Counted from the whole stretch's first letter, positions 1 through 12,944 are shown. The stretch is 63,997 nt of DNA, filler included, from Octopus bimaculoides (GCF_001194135.2; 6 parts of 6 records of this genome joined end to end with filler, not necessarily neighbours in it); one strand, 5' to 3'. The notes: generated from the letters alone by a model not told the origin. Translations and numbers: made by a program.

Positions 1-855
1 ACATATACATACATATATATGTATACTTACATATATATATGTATGTATATGTATATAGATATACGTAAGTATATATATGTGTATAAATATATGTATATAT
101 ATATATATATATGTGTGTGTGTATATGTATGTTTATATATATATATGTATGTATGTATGTATATATATATGTGTGTATAGTATGTATGTGTATATATATA
201 CATATATATAAATACACACATACGTATGTTTGTGTGTCTGTGTTTGTCCCCCCACCACCACTTGACAACCGGTGCTGGTGTGTTTACATCCCTGTAACTT
301 AGCAGTTTGGCGAAAGAGACCGATAGAATAAGTACTAGGCTTACAAAGAATAAGTCCTGGAGTCGATTTGCTCGACTAAAAAGGTAATGCTCCAGCATGG
401 CTGCAGTCAAATGGCTGAAACACATATAAGAGAATAGAAGAAAATATTGGCCTTGTGGACAATCAAAGAGAAATAATATTTTGCTGAGGTTGATGGAATA
501 ACATCCTTGTAATATTGCAATCAATGTAAGGCAGAGTGAGCTGGCAGAACCATTAACATGTCAGATAAAATTACTTAGCGGTATTTGTTTGGCTTTACAT
601 TCTGAGTTCAAATTCCACCAAGGTCAACTTTTGCTTTTCTTCCTTCTAGGATCAATAAAATATGAACCAATCAAGTACTGGAGGTTGATTTAATCAACTA
701 GTTTCCTCTCCCAGAATTTCAGGCCTTGTGCTTATAAGAATTAGCATTGATTAATATTAGAAGACAGCAAGGCAGTGAGCTGGCAGAATCATGAGCACAC
801 CAGGCAGAATGCTTAGCAACATTCCATCTGTCTTTATGTTCTGAGTTCAAATTCT

Positions 856-1086
856 TATTTCTTTACTGTCTACAAGGGGTTAAACATAGAGGGGACAAAC
901 AAGGACAGACAAAGGGATTAAGTCGATTACATCGACCCCAGTGCATAACTGGTACTTAATTTATCGACCCCAATAGGATGAAAGGCAAAGTCGACCTCGG
1001 CGGAATTTGAACTCAGAACGTAACGGCAGACGAAACACCGCTAAGCATTTCGCCCGGCGTGCTAACATTTCTGCCAGCTCATCAGC
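856..1086 (-). mobile_element. SINE family A (tRNA head, CCTTTCATCCTTTCGGGGTCGATAAA central domain, long tail); young copy nested in an older + copy
   Basis: Near-consensus CpG-rich copy flanked by the 16-bp direct repeat TCTGAGTTCAAATTCT (840-855 and 1087-1102). Confidence 0.85.
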
Positions 1087-1227
1087 TCTGAGTTCAAATT
1101 CTGCTGAGATTTTTTTGCTTTTTCAGCCTTTCAGGGGTTGATAAAATAAGTACCATTGGGGCCAATGTAATCAACTTTTCCCCTACCTTGAAATTGCTGG
1201 CCTTGTGCTAAAATTTGAAATCGTAAC

Positions 1228-1573
1228 TGTGGCCAGTTCCCCTGACTGGCTCCCATGCCGGTGGCACATAAAAAGCACCATCCGAACGTTATCAATGCCA
1301 GGACTGCCTGACTGGCTCCTATGCCGGTAGCACGTAAAAGGCACCAACCAAACATGGCTGATGTCAGTACTCCCTGACTGGCTCCTGTGCCGGTGGCACA
1401 TAAAAAGCACCCACTACACTCTTGGAGTGGTTGGCATTAGGAAGGGCATCCAGCAGTAGAAACCTTGCAAGATCAGATTGGAGCCTGGTGCAGTCTCCCG
1501 GCTTGCCAGCCCTTAGTCAAACCATCCAACCCATGCCAGCATGGAAAACGGACATTAAACAATGATGATGATG
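1228..1573 (+). mobile_element. RTE 3' UTR-only fragment with ~65-bp internal tandem units; similar copies at 4990-5392 (+) and 3630-3790, 7320-7800, 8293-8600, 11685-11880, 19215-19560 (-)
   Basis: Shared CTGGCTCCYRTGCCGGTGGCACRTAAAAAGCACC units, GGAAGGGCATCCAGC motif, CCAACCCATGCYAGCATGG and (GAT)n tail, all matching the 3' end of the longer RTE copies. Confidence 0.75.
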
Positions 1574-1709
1574 TGTCTGGAACCCTCCCCTACACAATTG
1601 ATATTCTACTTTGTCTACTCATTGTGATGTCATTTTTAATTTAAATTTAAAACTCAAACTTGTTTATTTTTTTCTCTCGCAGTTTCTGTTTGGCTGTGAT
1701 TTTTCAGAA

Positions 1710-1836
1710 ATGTCGAAACCTCAGTTTACGATGTTGGACCAGTCTATGTCCACCTTACATGCTGTCAACAACAACATGTCTGCTGAAATAGAATCTGTAT
1801 TCGACTGTGCACAAGATTTAATTGAGCAAAGTACAG
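1710..1836 (+). CDS. NSMCE2: NSMCE2/MMS21 SUMO E3 ligase, coding exon 1 (MSKPQF...IEQST, phase 1 end)
   Basis: Acceptor TTTTCAG (AG 1706-1707) two bases before ATG 1710; donor G|GTAATC at 1837. 127 nt = 42 codons + 1, which joins exon 2 in frame. Confidence 0.8.
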
Positions 1837-2144
1837 GTAATCAAAGCAGATTTATTTTATTTTATTTATTTCCCTACAAACAGGAATGAGGGCCTGAATG
1901 GTTGTATAGCTTATATGCTGGAGGCTAAGTGGCTGAAATGGCACTGGTTTCTAGCCTCTTACTAACATTGTGTTGTATCAGTAGTCAACAGCTTGTCTCT
2001 AAAGAGTGCTTGATTTCTTCGCTGTATACAGCTCAAATCTTGACATAAAGATTTGAGAAGGGTAAAGGTTTTAGTAGTATTTCTCTGACTCACCAGTTAA
2101 TGATTCACTAAATTTGCCCTCCCACCACAAAAGTAAATTATTGC

Positions 2145-3298
2145 TTTAGTTCAGATTAGATGACTCTGCTTGATCTGTAGAAAAGGCATAGATAGAAACT
2201 CCATAAGATGTACCCAGTGTAATCTTTGGACACAAGAGGTGCAGCAATATCAGAGGAAGGTTAACAGGGAAAACAACTTTTGTGTGTGGAAGATGCACAG
2301 GTACAATAAACACCAAAAATGTACAGAAAATAGACTCCATCAACTGCCAGTGGGCTAAGCTAGAGGTAGTAGATAGTTTCTGTTATCTAGGTGACTGAAT
2401 TAGTAGTAGAGGTGAATGCTCTGAGAGAATAAGATTAGGCTGGGCAATGTTCAGAGAGCTCCTACCTCTGCTTGAAACAAAGAGCCTCTCTCTCAGAGTG
2501 AAAGGCAGATTGTATGATGCCTGCATGTGAACAGCTATGCTGCATGGCAATGAAACATGGGCTATGACAGCTGAGGATGCGTAGGCTTGAAAGAAATGAA
2601 GCCAGTATGCTTTGCTAGATGTGCAATGTCAGTGTGCATGTACGACAGAGTGTAAGCTTCTTGAGAGAAAAGTGGGGAATAAGAGGCATCAGATGTGGTG
2701 TGCAAGAGCGATGACTGTGCTGGTATGGTTATGTGATGCATAACTGGAGGGAACCTGTGGTAGAGATAGACCCAGGAAGACATGGGATGAGGTGGTGAAG
2801 CATGATCTTCAAACTTTTGGCCTCACAGTATGCTGTGCTTGAGAAGACCCATCAAGTCAAGTGAAATCGTAGTCATGGCTGATGCTGGTATCATGTAACT
2901 GGCACCTGTGCTGGTGGCACATAAAATCCACCTTTTGAGCATTGGGCCTCACGGAGGCAAAGTGGCTGATACCAGTGGCACGTGAAAAGCTCCTTTCAAG
3001 TGTTGGGCCTCATGGAGGCAATGACCGAGATCTTTGGCATTATGTTGTACTTGAGAAGAAAACCCATCAAACTAAGTAAAATCATAATCATGGCAGATAC
3101 TGGTATCACACAAATGGCACCCTTGCCGGTGGCATGTAAAAGCACCCATTACAGTCTTGAAGTGGTTGGAATTAGGAAGGGCATAGAAACCATACCAAAT
3201 CAGACTGGAGTCTGGTGCAGCATTTCAGTTTGCCAGCCCTGGTCAAACCGTCCAATCCATGCCAGCAGGGACAACGATCATTAAATGCTGATGATGAT
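2145..3298 (+). mobile_element. 5'-truncated, decayed RTE-clade LINE (ORF2 C-terminus, 3' UTR, (GAT)n tail) in NSMCE2 intron 1
   Basis: Frameshifted translation gives RIRLGW..FRELLPLL..K.LSLRVKGRLYDAC..TAMLHG.ETWA.TAED.RRLERNEASML.WMC and GRPRKTWDEVV, typical of the RTE post-RT region. Ends CATGCCAGCA...TTAAATGCTGATGATG. Confidence 0.85.
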
Positions 3299-5539
3299 AT
3301 AGCTGAACAAGCCATCAATCAAACTTCTCTGCTACCATTCAACCCGTTCAATGGAGCAATATAAAGATGTAAAACTATTTTTTAATTTCAATTTTTTTTA
3401 TTTATACCAAAATACAGGTAAACAACACATATTGAGTAAATGTTTAAAGAATTCAGTATTCAAGAGGCATTGTAGAGTTATTTGCATGCAGCAGGATTAT
3501 CTGGTCCCTGGCAGGGCTGTTCCCTCCATTGTTACTGTTCTTTCAGAAATACTCTTTTCAAAGGATCTGTAAATGAAGTGGTCATTGAATTTGGACAATC
3601 ATAAGCATATACATACTTATATATATCATCATCATCATTCTTTTAACATCCAAACTCTCATGCTTGCATAGATCAGGTGGAGTTCATTGTGTCAGATTTT
3701 CTACAGCTGGATGCCCATCCAGGCATGGTAATATTTCCCCATGGCAGGGCATATTTTACTTGTATAATAGTGATGCTTGCTTACTGTCATCTTGTTATCA
3801 AGATAAGAGTGCACACATACACACATACACACACACACACACACACACAAAACCCCTCAACAAATCCTGTCTGACCCATGCAAGCTTAGCAAAATCTATG
3901 TTGAATAATGATGATGATGATACGTATAGCAAGCTTCTTTCAATTTCCATCTACCGATGATGATGATATTCACAGATCAGGCTTTCGTTGGTCCAAGACT
4001 ATAATAGAATTTACTTACCCAAGGTTCTCCACCGTGGGATTGAACTTGAAATCATGTGTTTGGGAAACCAGTTTCTTAATAACAAACCCTGTACGCGCGT
4101 GTGTGTGTATGTATGCATGCCTTGTATTTGTGTGTGTGTGTGTGTTTATATGATGGCATGCTTGGATTCCTGGTTAAATATAGGCTCTCTCTGTTCTGTG
4201 ATTTTTTTTGTTTCTTTCTACATGGTTCCATGCCATTTCTGCTATAATTCTTCTTGCTCCTACCCAACCATTCTTCTTGCATTTGATATCTTCCTGAAAG
4301 GTTCAGCACCGAATGTGTTGCGGTCTTTCTTTTCTTTTGCATTTGTAAGAGAACTTTGGAAGATTTTATTGTTTCTAATAGCATGTGTAGTTTGTCTGGG
4401 AAATCTTTTTTTTTTTTTTCTATTTCTAAATAAAATTCCTTTAACCCTTAAACATTCAGCTTACTCTGTCAAACGTAATGCTTATTTATTCACACTGTTT
4501 TAAATGAATTCTTCATTATTTCATAGCCTTGAGATTTCAACAATAAGATTATTATTTTTAAGAACGGTATTGTAGGATAGGTGTGAGAGGCCAGATATGG
4601 CTAGTTTAAACATAGACCATGTAAAATATTTGGGCAGGTTTAAATGCTAAAGGGTTAAATTAAAGAAGTCATTTTTAAATGTATTTAGCTGTTTATTTTG
4701 TATTGGTTATTTTTGGAGATTTGCACCGGGGACCATTTTCCATTTGTGTCGTTTCATAATCTTTCTTCTTAACCATGTGGCCATACCTCTATGAATACAG
4801 GTGCACATATTTTAACCATCTCATGCTGGAAACTTATATTGCCCCTACCTCTTTCCGTTACTCCCCACTTTGTGTCTCAACACATACTTGCCCAGTTCTG
4901 TTGCTTCTAAAAAGGGTAATTCCAGAACCCTTTTCTTCTTCATACATTCCCAATCTAATTACCAACCAGCAATGATTTTAATTAGTCAAGACCTATTGAG
5001 TCAAGTGAAATCATAGTTGTGGCCAATGCCTGTGCTGGTGGCATATAAAACGCACCATTCGAGCGTGGTCAATGCCAGTGCCTCCAGACTGGCTCCTGTG
5101 CCAGTGGCACGTAAAAAGCAACATTCGAGCATGCTCGATGCCAGCGGCATGTAAAAAGCATCGTTATAGCATGGACGATGTCAATGCTGCCTATCTGGTC
5201 CCCATGCCGGTGGCACATAAAATGCACCCACTACACTCTCTGAGTGGTTGGCATGAGGAAGAGCATCCAGCTGTAGAAACCTTGCCAGATCAGACTGGAG
5301 CCTGGTGCGAACTCCTGGCTTGCCAGTCCTCAGTCAAACCGTCCAACCCATGCTAGCATGGAAAGTGGACGTTAAACAATGATGATAATGATCAACTGTA
5401 ACTTACACTACCCAATTACGAGGTACGCCTCCAATTACCAATACCCTCTTTTCTCCCAACCCTAAATGAAGTTAAATCTCTTTTACTGTTAACTCAATCT
5501 TGTGGTATTTTTCTGATTTAATTTCATTTTTATTTTCAG

Positions 5540-5649
5540 CTAATAACACTAAAGAAATTGATGAAATGAAAAAGATAATGCACAAATATATTGAAATGGA
5601 ACGAGAGTTGAAACATTATCAAACTGCTATTAAAAATGTCAAGGAAGTG
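5540..5649 (+). CDS. NSMCE2: NSMCE2 coding exon 2 (A-NNTKEIDEMKKIMHKYIEMERELKHYQTAIKNVKEV; helical Smc5-binding region)
   Basis: Acceptor TATTTTCAG (5538-5539), donor GTAAAT at 5650. 110 nt, phase 1 to phase 0. Heptad-like helical sequence as in the Nse2 N-terminal domain. Confidence 0.88.
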
Positions 5650-7078
5650 GTAAATTTCACTGTTTTTCTCTATTATAAAGTACAGTTTGGTTTTGTAGAT
5701 TCTAGTGTTGATTTATTCTCCAAATATTCATATTGTGTTGAAGATAAACTTTTAATTAGAAAATTACTATTTTTGAATCTCACAACATGAGATATTCATC
5801 AACAGTACTTTGAAGTAAAGATTGTTTGCCATGCTGTGTTGGCAAACAATTTTTACTACAAAGTACTATTGCTGAATAAACTTTTCATTTGATTTCACTT
5901 TTGAGCTAGAAAGAGATAAGATTTTACTGCTTCTCAGAGATATTGTTTTCTTGGTTCATGGGTTGAGAGTTTTAATCTGCTGCTGGTGTTTCCTTGTTCC
6001 TGATTGATTTTCTGTCATTTTGATGTGACACCTGGAGTTTCTGTTATAGATATTTGCATCAACCAAGCATTTTCTATAAGAGGATATTTCTCTTGTATCA
6101 GATTGTTACTGGTTGGTGCTGCTCCTACAGAAAATCAGTGATGTGGGGGTTTATACTTCTGCTTTACTTTTCACAGACTAAGGCAAGTTTGAGAGGCACA
6201 AGCTTGCTTCCTAATTACATGGTTCTGGGCAATTGTCGTCTAGTATAACCTTGGGCCAACCAAATCCTTTGGAGTGGATTTGGTAGACAGAAACTGAAAG
6301 AAGACCTTCACGTGTGTGTGTGTGTGTGTGTGTGTTTACATGTGTTTGTCTCCCATCACGGCTTGATAACCATTGTTGGTGTGTATCATCCTCATAACCA
6401 AGCAGTTCAGCGAAAGAGACTGATGAAATAAGTACCAGGCTCAACAAAGCATAAGTACTGGGGTTGATTCATTTGACCAAAAATTCTTCAAGGTAGTGCC
6501 CAGGCTACAGTCCCAGGAATTTTTTGAAGGAAGGGCACAAGGTCAGAAGGAAAAACAATTCCAGGAGAAAAGAGTGTAATAACATTATTTAGAAGGGCAC
6601 ACTTCTTTTCTTGAGGCAGGGATCGCCCTCACACACACACACCCGCGTTTGACCCTGGTACCCCAGCATGGCCACAGCCTTAGTGATTGAAACAAGTAAA
6701 AGATAATATATATATATATACATATATACGATGGGCTTCTTTCAGTTTCCGTCTACCAAATCTACTCGTAAGGCTTTGGTCGGCCAAGACACTTTCCCAA
6801 GGTGTCATGCAGTGGAACTGAACCTGGAACCATGTGGTTGGGAAGCAGGCATCTTACGACACACCCACAACTAAATCTCATATGGGACCCCAGGGGTCAT
6901 ATGACCCCTGGTTGAGAATTACTGGTTTAGATGAAGATCAATGTATGGTGAAGAGGTTCTGAGGAGTGGAGCAGTAGAAGAGAAAGAGGAAGCCTGATCT
7001 CAACAATTAGAAAACTGGAGTAATGAGATATTCAATGAATTAATTCAGTTTTAATTTTCTCATTAAAATTTTTATTAG

Positions 7079-7226
7079 GGAAATACAACAGAAAATGACG
7101 AAGATATTGATTATTTGTCGTGTTTAAAAGAAAATTTAGAGAAATTGCAAACTAAAAACTCCGAAGATGATATCACTAAACATGAAAAATATGTGAAACT
7201 TTCTGAACTTTACCAACAGGAAGAAA
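7079..7226 (+). CDS. NSMCE2: NSMCE2 coding exon 3 (GNTTENDEDIDYLSCLKENLEKLQ...YQQEE)
   Basis: Acceptor TTTATTAG (7077-7078), perfect donor GTAAGT at 7227. 148 nt, phase 0 to phase 1, open frame. Confidence 0.88.
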
Positions 7227-8450
7227 GTAAGTACAAGTTTAATGTGTTTACATTATTTGTGAAATATTTAACCCCATCAGCATTCAGATTGCTCTGTCAA
7301 ATATATCATCATCAGCATCATCATCATCATTGTTTAAGGTCCATTTTCCATGCTGGCATGGGTTGGACGGTTTGACTGAGGTCTGAAGAGCCAGCAGCTG
7401 CATCAGGCTCCAATCTGATCTGGCAATGCTTCTACAGCTGGATGCCCTTCCTAATGCCAACCACTCTGAGAGTGTAGTGGGTGCTTTTTACATGCCACTG
7501 CACTGGAGCCAGTCAGGCGGGCCTCGCATCAATCGCATTCAGATAATACTGACAGGTACATGCAAGGCCAGGGTCTACACCAGGTTCCACTGTCTGTTTT
7601 GGCTTGGTTTCTACAGCAGGATGCCCTTCCTAACACCAACCACATTACAGAGTGCACTGGCTGCTTTTTATGTGGTACCAGTGCCAGTGTGTTTTACATG
7701 GCACTTTAGTTTTAGGATATCAATTCTGTTGTGGTGGGCACCACATATCTCAGTCCTTTGTCATCTCCCTTTGTAAGGCTCAGTGTTTTGAGATCAGCCT
7801 CGATGAACTTTAGAATTTGTTCTAAAATGTCAGGGTAATCAGAAGAAGCATTAGTTTCATCCAATAAAAATTATGGAAAGAAGAAAAAAAACTTTATAAG
7901 CACATGTAGGTACATGTGGTATACATGGATGAAATAAGAGCAGTACCAAGACAACTTTTCTACCACAATCTGAAATAAATTACAGGCCATCTAAAACGTT
8001 ACTTTCTGCATCTTATCAATCTGTATGCACCTACTTCACACTTGATGATTACTATGCAGTAATGCTAAAATTGAAAACAAGAGCAAAAAAAAACCATGTA
8101 GATACGAAAGTAGTACAATTTTTGGATAAAATTCTCTTTAAAACTCAAACTGATTAACTGCAAATACCCAGACATTACCAGTAACGTAATGCTAATATAA
8201 TATCCTAAAACTTCCAACTCTCTCTAACTGAATAAACACCAGACTAGTTCCAACCTCAATTGCTTCACTAAAACCAAATTCCAGTGTTAACTATCATCAT
8301 CATTTAACATCTGTTTTCCATGCTGTTATGGATGGGACAGTTTAACGGAAGCTGGTATGGTCAGGGCCCACACCAGGCTCCATTGTCTGTTCATGGTTTC
8401 TGCAGCTGGATGCTCTTCCTACCACCAACCACAATACAGAGTGTACTGGG

Positions 8451-8578
8451 TGATTTTTACATGTACCATCTCCAGTGATTTTTACATGGTACCATCTCCA
8501 GTGATTTTTACATGGTACCATCTCCAGTGATTTTTACATGGTACCATCTCCAGTGATTTTTACATGTACCATCACTAG
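8451..8578. repeat. Minisatellite, ~5 x 25-26 bp (TGATTTTTACATGGTACCATCTCCAG), amplified inside an RTE 3' UTR
   Basis: Units read directly from the sequence. Confidence 0.9.
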
Positions 8579-8653
8579 TGCTTTTTATGTGGAACCAGTA
8601 CCAACTTGGAATCTTGGGGTTAGTACCCAGCGATCTTAACCACTATGCCCACA

Positions 8654-8877
8654 GGCATATGGCATCGTGGTTAAGAGTACAGGCTACTAACCCCAAGATT
8701 CCGAGTTTGATTCCAGGCAGTGACCTGAATAATAATAATAATATTGAAAAATACCTTAGGAATGAGAACCCAGGTTTGAAATTTCCCCAAGACACCTGAT
8801 GAAGGCTGGAGGGTATATCAACTGAAATGTTGTGTTAACAACAAACAAGATGAGGACAAATATACGTCAAATGTAAA
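8654..8877 (+). mobile_element. tRNA-headed SINE-like element with minimal hammerhead ribozyme (decayed copy), preceded by an inverted copy of its own head (8603-8649)
   Basis: Box A-like TGGCATCGTGG and box B-like GAGTTTGATTCC, an (AAT)n linker, then GACAC-CTGATGA-A-GGCTG...GAAA at 8791-8836. Homologous to 14250-14516. Confidence 0.8.
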
Positions 8878-8971
8878 GTCAGAGATTTGTTTGAAGATCT
8901 TTCCATTTGGGGTCAGTTGCTTAAAAGCTATATACTAGCGTAAAAGTCACCCGATAGGGCAGCTTTTAAGC

Positions 8972-9019
<48 letters not shown>

Positions 9020-10822
9020 ATATTTAAAACCTTTTTAAGATTATGATATAGTTTTTTATGCGCAATTAAGTAGATGCCATTAGACTCTTTGATAAAGCCA
9101 CTAAATGACATTTCTTATGACACCAGCAGACAAAATGGAAAAGGTGTTGTCCCGGAGGATTGTGTATTATTTATGTTTTACACACACACACACATTCCAT
9201 CCATCCATCTACCTATTTATCTATCATATTATATTATGTGAATAATAGCAGAAACCAATTATTGGTATTTTGTATACATTTAATGCCTGGGTCATTTCAT
9301 GTGTCTAATGATAGAAACCAAGAGTTTCTTTGTTTATTAAAATATTAAAGGACTTATGTTTTTGACAATCTAATCTACCTTTGTATGGATAATATATTTA
9401 TAGCACAATGCAGGTATAGGAGTGGATTGTTGATCTACACATTGAGTCTGAAATATCTGGTAAAGTTTAAAGAATAAAATATCTTACGATTGTTTTGCGG
9501 ATATTACTACAGTCACAAAGTGATCTAAAGATCATCTTATTATTAGTAATTCCGTTCTTCAGAGATGCATTAAGAACCCTTTATATACCTATATAATATT
9601 AAAATATTAGAAATATTAAAAATTAAGAATACTAAAAATTAAAAATAATAGTATATACTGTCCTTGTCACGTTAATCCTTCTGAAGTGTGTAAAATTTGT
9701 TCGTTTCTTCCTGTGTTGAAGTTTCGAGTGTCAAACACTCATTTATATAAGAATTGGTATATTTTNNNNNNNNNNNNNNNNNNNNNNNNNNNNNNNNNNN
9801 NNNNNNNNNNNNNNNNNNNNNNNNNNNNNNNNNNNNNNNNNNNNNNNNNNNNNNNNNNNNNNNNNNNNNNNNNNNNNNNNNNNNNNNNNNNNNNNNNNNN
9901 NNNNNNNNNNNNNNNNNNNNNNNNNNNNNNNNNNNNNNNNNNNNNNNNNNNNNNNNNNNNNNNNNNNNNNNNNNNNNNNNNNNNNNNNNNNNNNNNNNNN
10001 NNNNNNNNNNNNNNNNNNNNNNNNNNNNNNNNNNNNNNNNNNNNNNNNNNNNNNNNNNNNNNNNNNNNNNNNNNNNNNNNNNNNNNNNNNNNNNNNNNNN
10101 NNNNNNNNNNNNNNNNNNNNNNNNNNNNNNNNNNNNNNNNNNNNNNNNNNNNNNNNNNNNNNNNNNNNNNNNNNNNNNNNNNNNNNNNNNNNNNNNNNNN
10201 NNNNNNNNNNNNNNNNNNNNNNNNNNNNNNNNNNNNNNNNNNNNNNNNNNNNNNNNNNNNNNNNNNNNNNNNNNNNNNNNNNNNNNNNNNNNNNNNNNNN
10301 NNNNNNNNNNNNNNNNNNNNNNNNNNNNNNNNNNNNNNNNNNNNNNNNNNNNNNNNNNNNNNNNNNNNNNNNNNNNNNNNNNNNNNNNNNNNNNNNNNNN
10401 NNNNNNNNNNNNNNNNNNNNNNNNNNNNNNNNNNNNNNNNNNNNNNNNNNNNNNNNNNNNNNNNNNNNNNNNNNNNNNNNNNNNNNNNNNNNNNNNNNNN
10501 NNNNNNNNNNNNNNNNNNNNNNNNNNNNNNNNNNNNNNNNNNNNNNNNNNNNNNNNNNNNNNNNNNNNNNNNNNNNNNNNNNNNNNNNNNNNNNNNNNNN
10601 NNNNNNNNTATATATATATATATTGACGAAGGATTAATTCCAAGTGGCTATCTGTTCTCCTATGTGTTTGTTCCGTTGTCTGTAGTTCATTTTTCTAACA
10701 TCCTGTACCCTGATATGCATCTATATACACATGTAGATGTAAGTATGTACTTATATGTGTGTATACATGCATATATATTCTTTGTATTATTATATCATCA
10801 AACGCACGCATCCTTTTGCAAG

Positions 10823-10859
<37 letters not shown>

Positions 10860-10957
10860 TTATTTATTTTGAACAAAGAAAAATAATTTCTCAAATATTG
10901 ATGATTTTTTTTTTTAATTGCATTACTTTTATGGACATCTCTATTTTACTTCTTCAG

Positions 10958-11141
10958 AGAAACTCAGTGCTCAATCATCGGAAAATATGGATGAGGAAAT
11001 AGCAATAACTCAGCAAGAACAAAATACTCGATGTGTAATAACAGGAAAAGAAATGGTAGACCCTGTCCGCAATACTGTCTGTGGCCACAGTTACGACCGG
11101 AAAGGAATTGAACATTATCTTCAGACACGGCCAAATGGAAG
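10958..11141 (+). CDS. NSMCE2: NSMCE2 coding exon 4 (DEEIAITQ motif and first half of SP-RING: CVITGKEMVDPVRNTVCGHSYDRKGI)
   Basis: Acceptor TCTTCAG (10956-10957), donor AG|GTACAT at 11142. 184 nt, phase 1 to phase 2. Aligns by eye with vertebrate NSMCE2 DEDIIVTQ...CPIT..M..PV.N..CGH.Y. Confidence 0.95.
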
Positions 11142-12305
11142 GTACATTGCCTAGTTTATCACTCAATCACTTTATTTATGATATACGACTTGTGTTAACA
11201 TCCACAATAGCGGCTCAGCAAAAGAGTCCAATAGAATAAGTACTAGGCTTACAAAGAATAAGCCCTGGGGATCAATTTGTTCGACTACAAGGCAGTGCCC
11301 CAGCATGGCTGCAGTCAAATGACTGACACAAATAAAAGAATTCTATGTCCATGCTGGCAGAATTTGTACAGGTTTGTTCTAGAATATTTTGAAACTCAAC
11401 TCTTGTATAATTTATGTTTTATGAATGGCCTGTCTTGACTCAGAAGAGCTGGGGGTACTTAAAAGTCATCACTCAATAAGTTAAGGTCTTGCAGGAGTAT
11501 TTGCAGCATGCTTGAACTCACCATTTATGAATCTGTATTCCAATCACTTCACCACTCAGCCATTCTTAGCTAATATCTACCACTTCCATTAATCGTCTGA
11601 TATAAATGTCTCCTGATCTACTGAGAGATTGCCATGGCTAATTTTCTAGTCTCATGTGTTAATAGGATTAAAGACAAATTTCATCATCATCATTTAACAT
11701 CTATCTTCCATGTTGGCATGGGTTGGATGGTTTGACAGGAGCTGGAAAGCCAGAGGACTGTGCCAGGCCCAAGTTGTCTGTTCTGGCATGGTTTTTTTCA
11801 GCTGGATGCATTTCCTGATGCCAACTACTTCACAGAGTGGATTGGGTGCTTTTTGTATGGCACCAAAATCTGCCCTGATCATCTGATACTTATTTCCAGT
11901 TTCTAGCTGTCCAAATATTTCTAAAATGATTGCATTGGATCTGAACAGCAAAGCTTTGAGTTGTTAGTTCAATAACATATCCTCTTGTGTGTGCGTCTTT
12001 CTATCCTCCACTGTTTGACAACTGGTGTTGGTGTGTTTACATCCCTGTAACTTTGACAAAAGAGTCTGACAGAATAAGTACCAGGTTTTTAAAAAAAAGG
12101 AAAGAAAAAGTACTGAGTCAATTCCTTCAACTAAAAAACTCCAGGCCGTGTCCCATAATGGTCACCACAGTCTAATTAACTGGATCAAGTAAAAGATGAA
12201 ACTGTGAGCCTGTTGCGTCTTCAAACTGAAGAATTTATTCAATTTTTTAGAGTAGTTTTATAGTTAGATGTTCTTCTTGTTCCTAATGCTACACTCTGTA
12301 TTGAT

Positions 12306-12307
<2 letters not shown>

Positions 12308-12338
<31 letters not shown>

Positions 12339-12940
12339 GCCATCATCATCATTTAACATCTGTTTACCATGCTGGCATTGGTTGGATGGTTTGACATGAA
12401 ATTGTCTAGCAGGGGAGCTGTCCAGACTTCAGTTGTCTGTTGTGTCAGGGTTTCAACGGCTGGATGTCCTTCCCAATGCCAACCACTTTACAGACTGTAC
12501 TGTGTATAGTTTATATGTCACCAGCACAAGTGCATTTTACATGCCACTGGCACCTGTAAAGGACAAGCCTGTATATATGGATGCCAGCTATTTTTCATAG
12601 CCTATCACATCTCCTGAAGTACAGGAAATCACCACAACACCCGGCCTCTTGTCATTTCCTCGGTGAGGCCCAGTGCCCGAAAATCCTTTCTCATCACTTT
12701 GTCCCACATCTCCCTGGTTCTACCCCTTCCACAGGTTTCCTCAACAATTAGAGCTCAGCACTTTATGCAGTTCTCATCCATACGCAGTCTTCTCTCTTGC
12801 ACACAACACCTGATGCCTCTTATGCTCAGTTTTCCTCTTAAATCATTTACTTTTTGTTGTTCGTACACACTGATATTGCCCATCATTTTCTTTCAAGCTT
12901 TCACAAGTCCTCTGTAGTCAAAGCCCGGTTTTCACTGCCA
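12308..12940 (-). mobile_element. Antisense 5'-truncated RTE-clade LINE piece, head-to-head with 12945-13884
   Basis: (CAT)n tail at 12308-12352, reverse-complement 3' UTR, and more diverged ORF2 C-terminal sequence at 12600-12940. Confidence 0.7.
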
Positions 12941-12944
12941 TGAG

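Noticed and set aside
1611-1709. Upstream in-frame extension of exon 1 in the ORF track (TTG start at 1611)
   Set aside because: It is intronic polypyrimidine sequence upstream of the acceptor. The same applies to the extensions of ORFs 5500, 7115 and 10918 beyond their splice sites.
8451-8578. CRISPR-like short repeat array
   Set aside because: Units are directly adjacent with no unique spacers, the context is eukaryotic, and the unit derives from the RTE 3' UTR.
8660-8725. tRNA gene at the head of the hammerhead element and of the other SINEs
   Set aside because: Boxes A and B are present but no complete cloverleaf or acceptor stem forms, and each head is fused to a repeat body. These are SINE heads.
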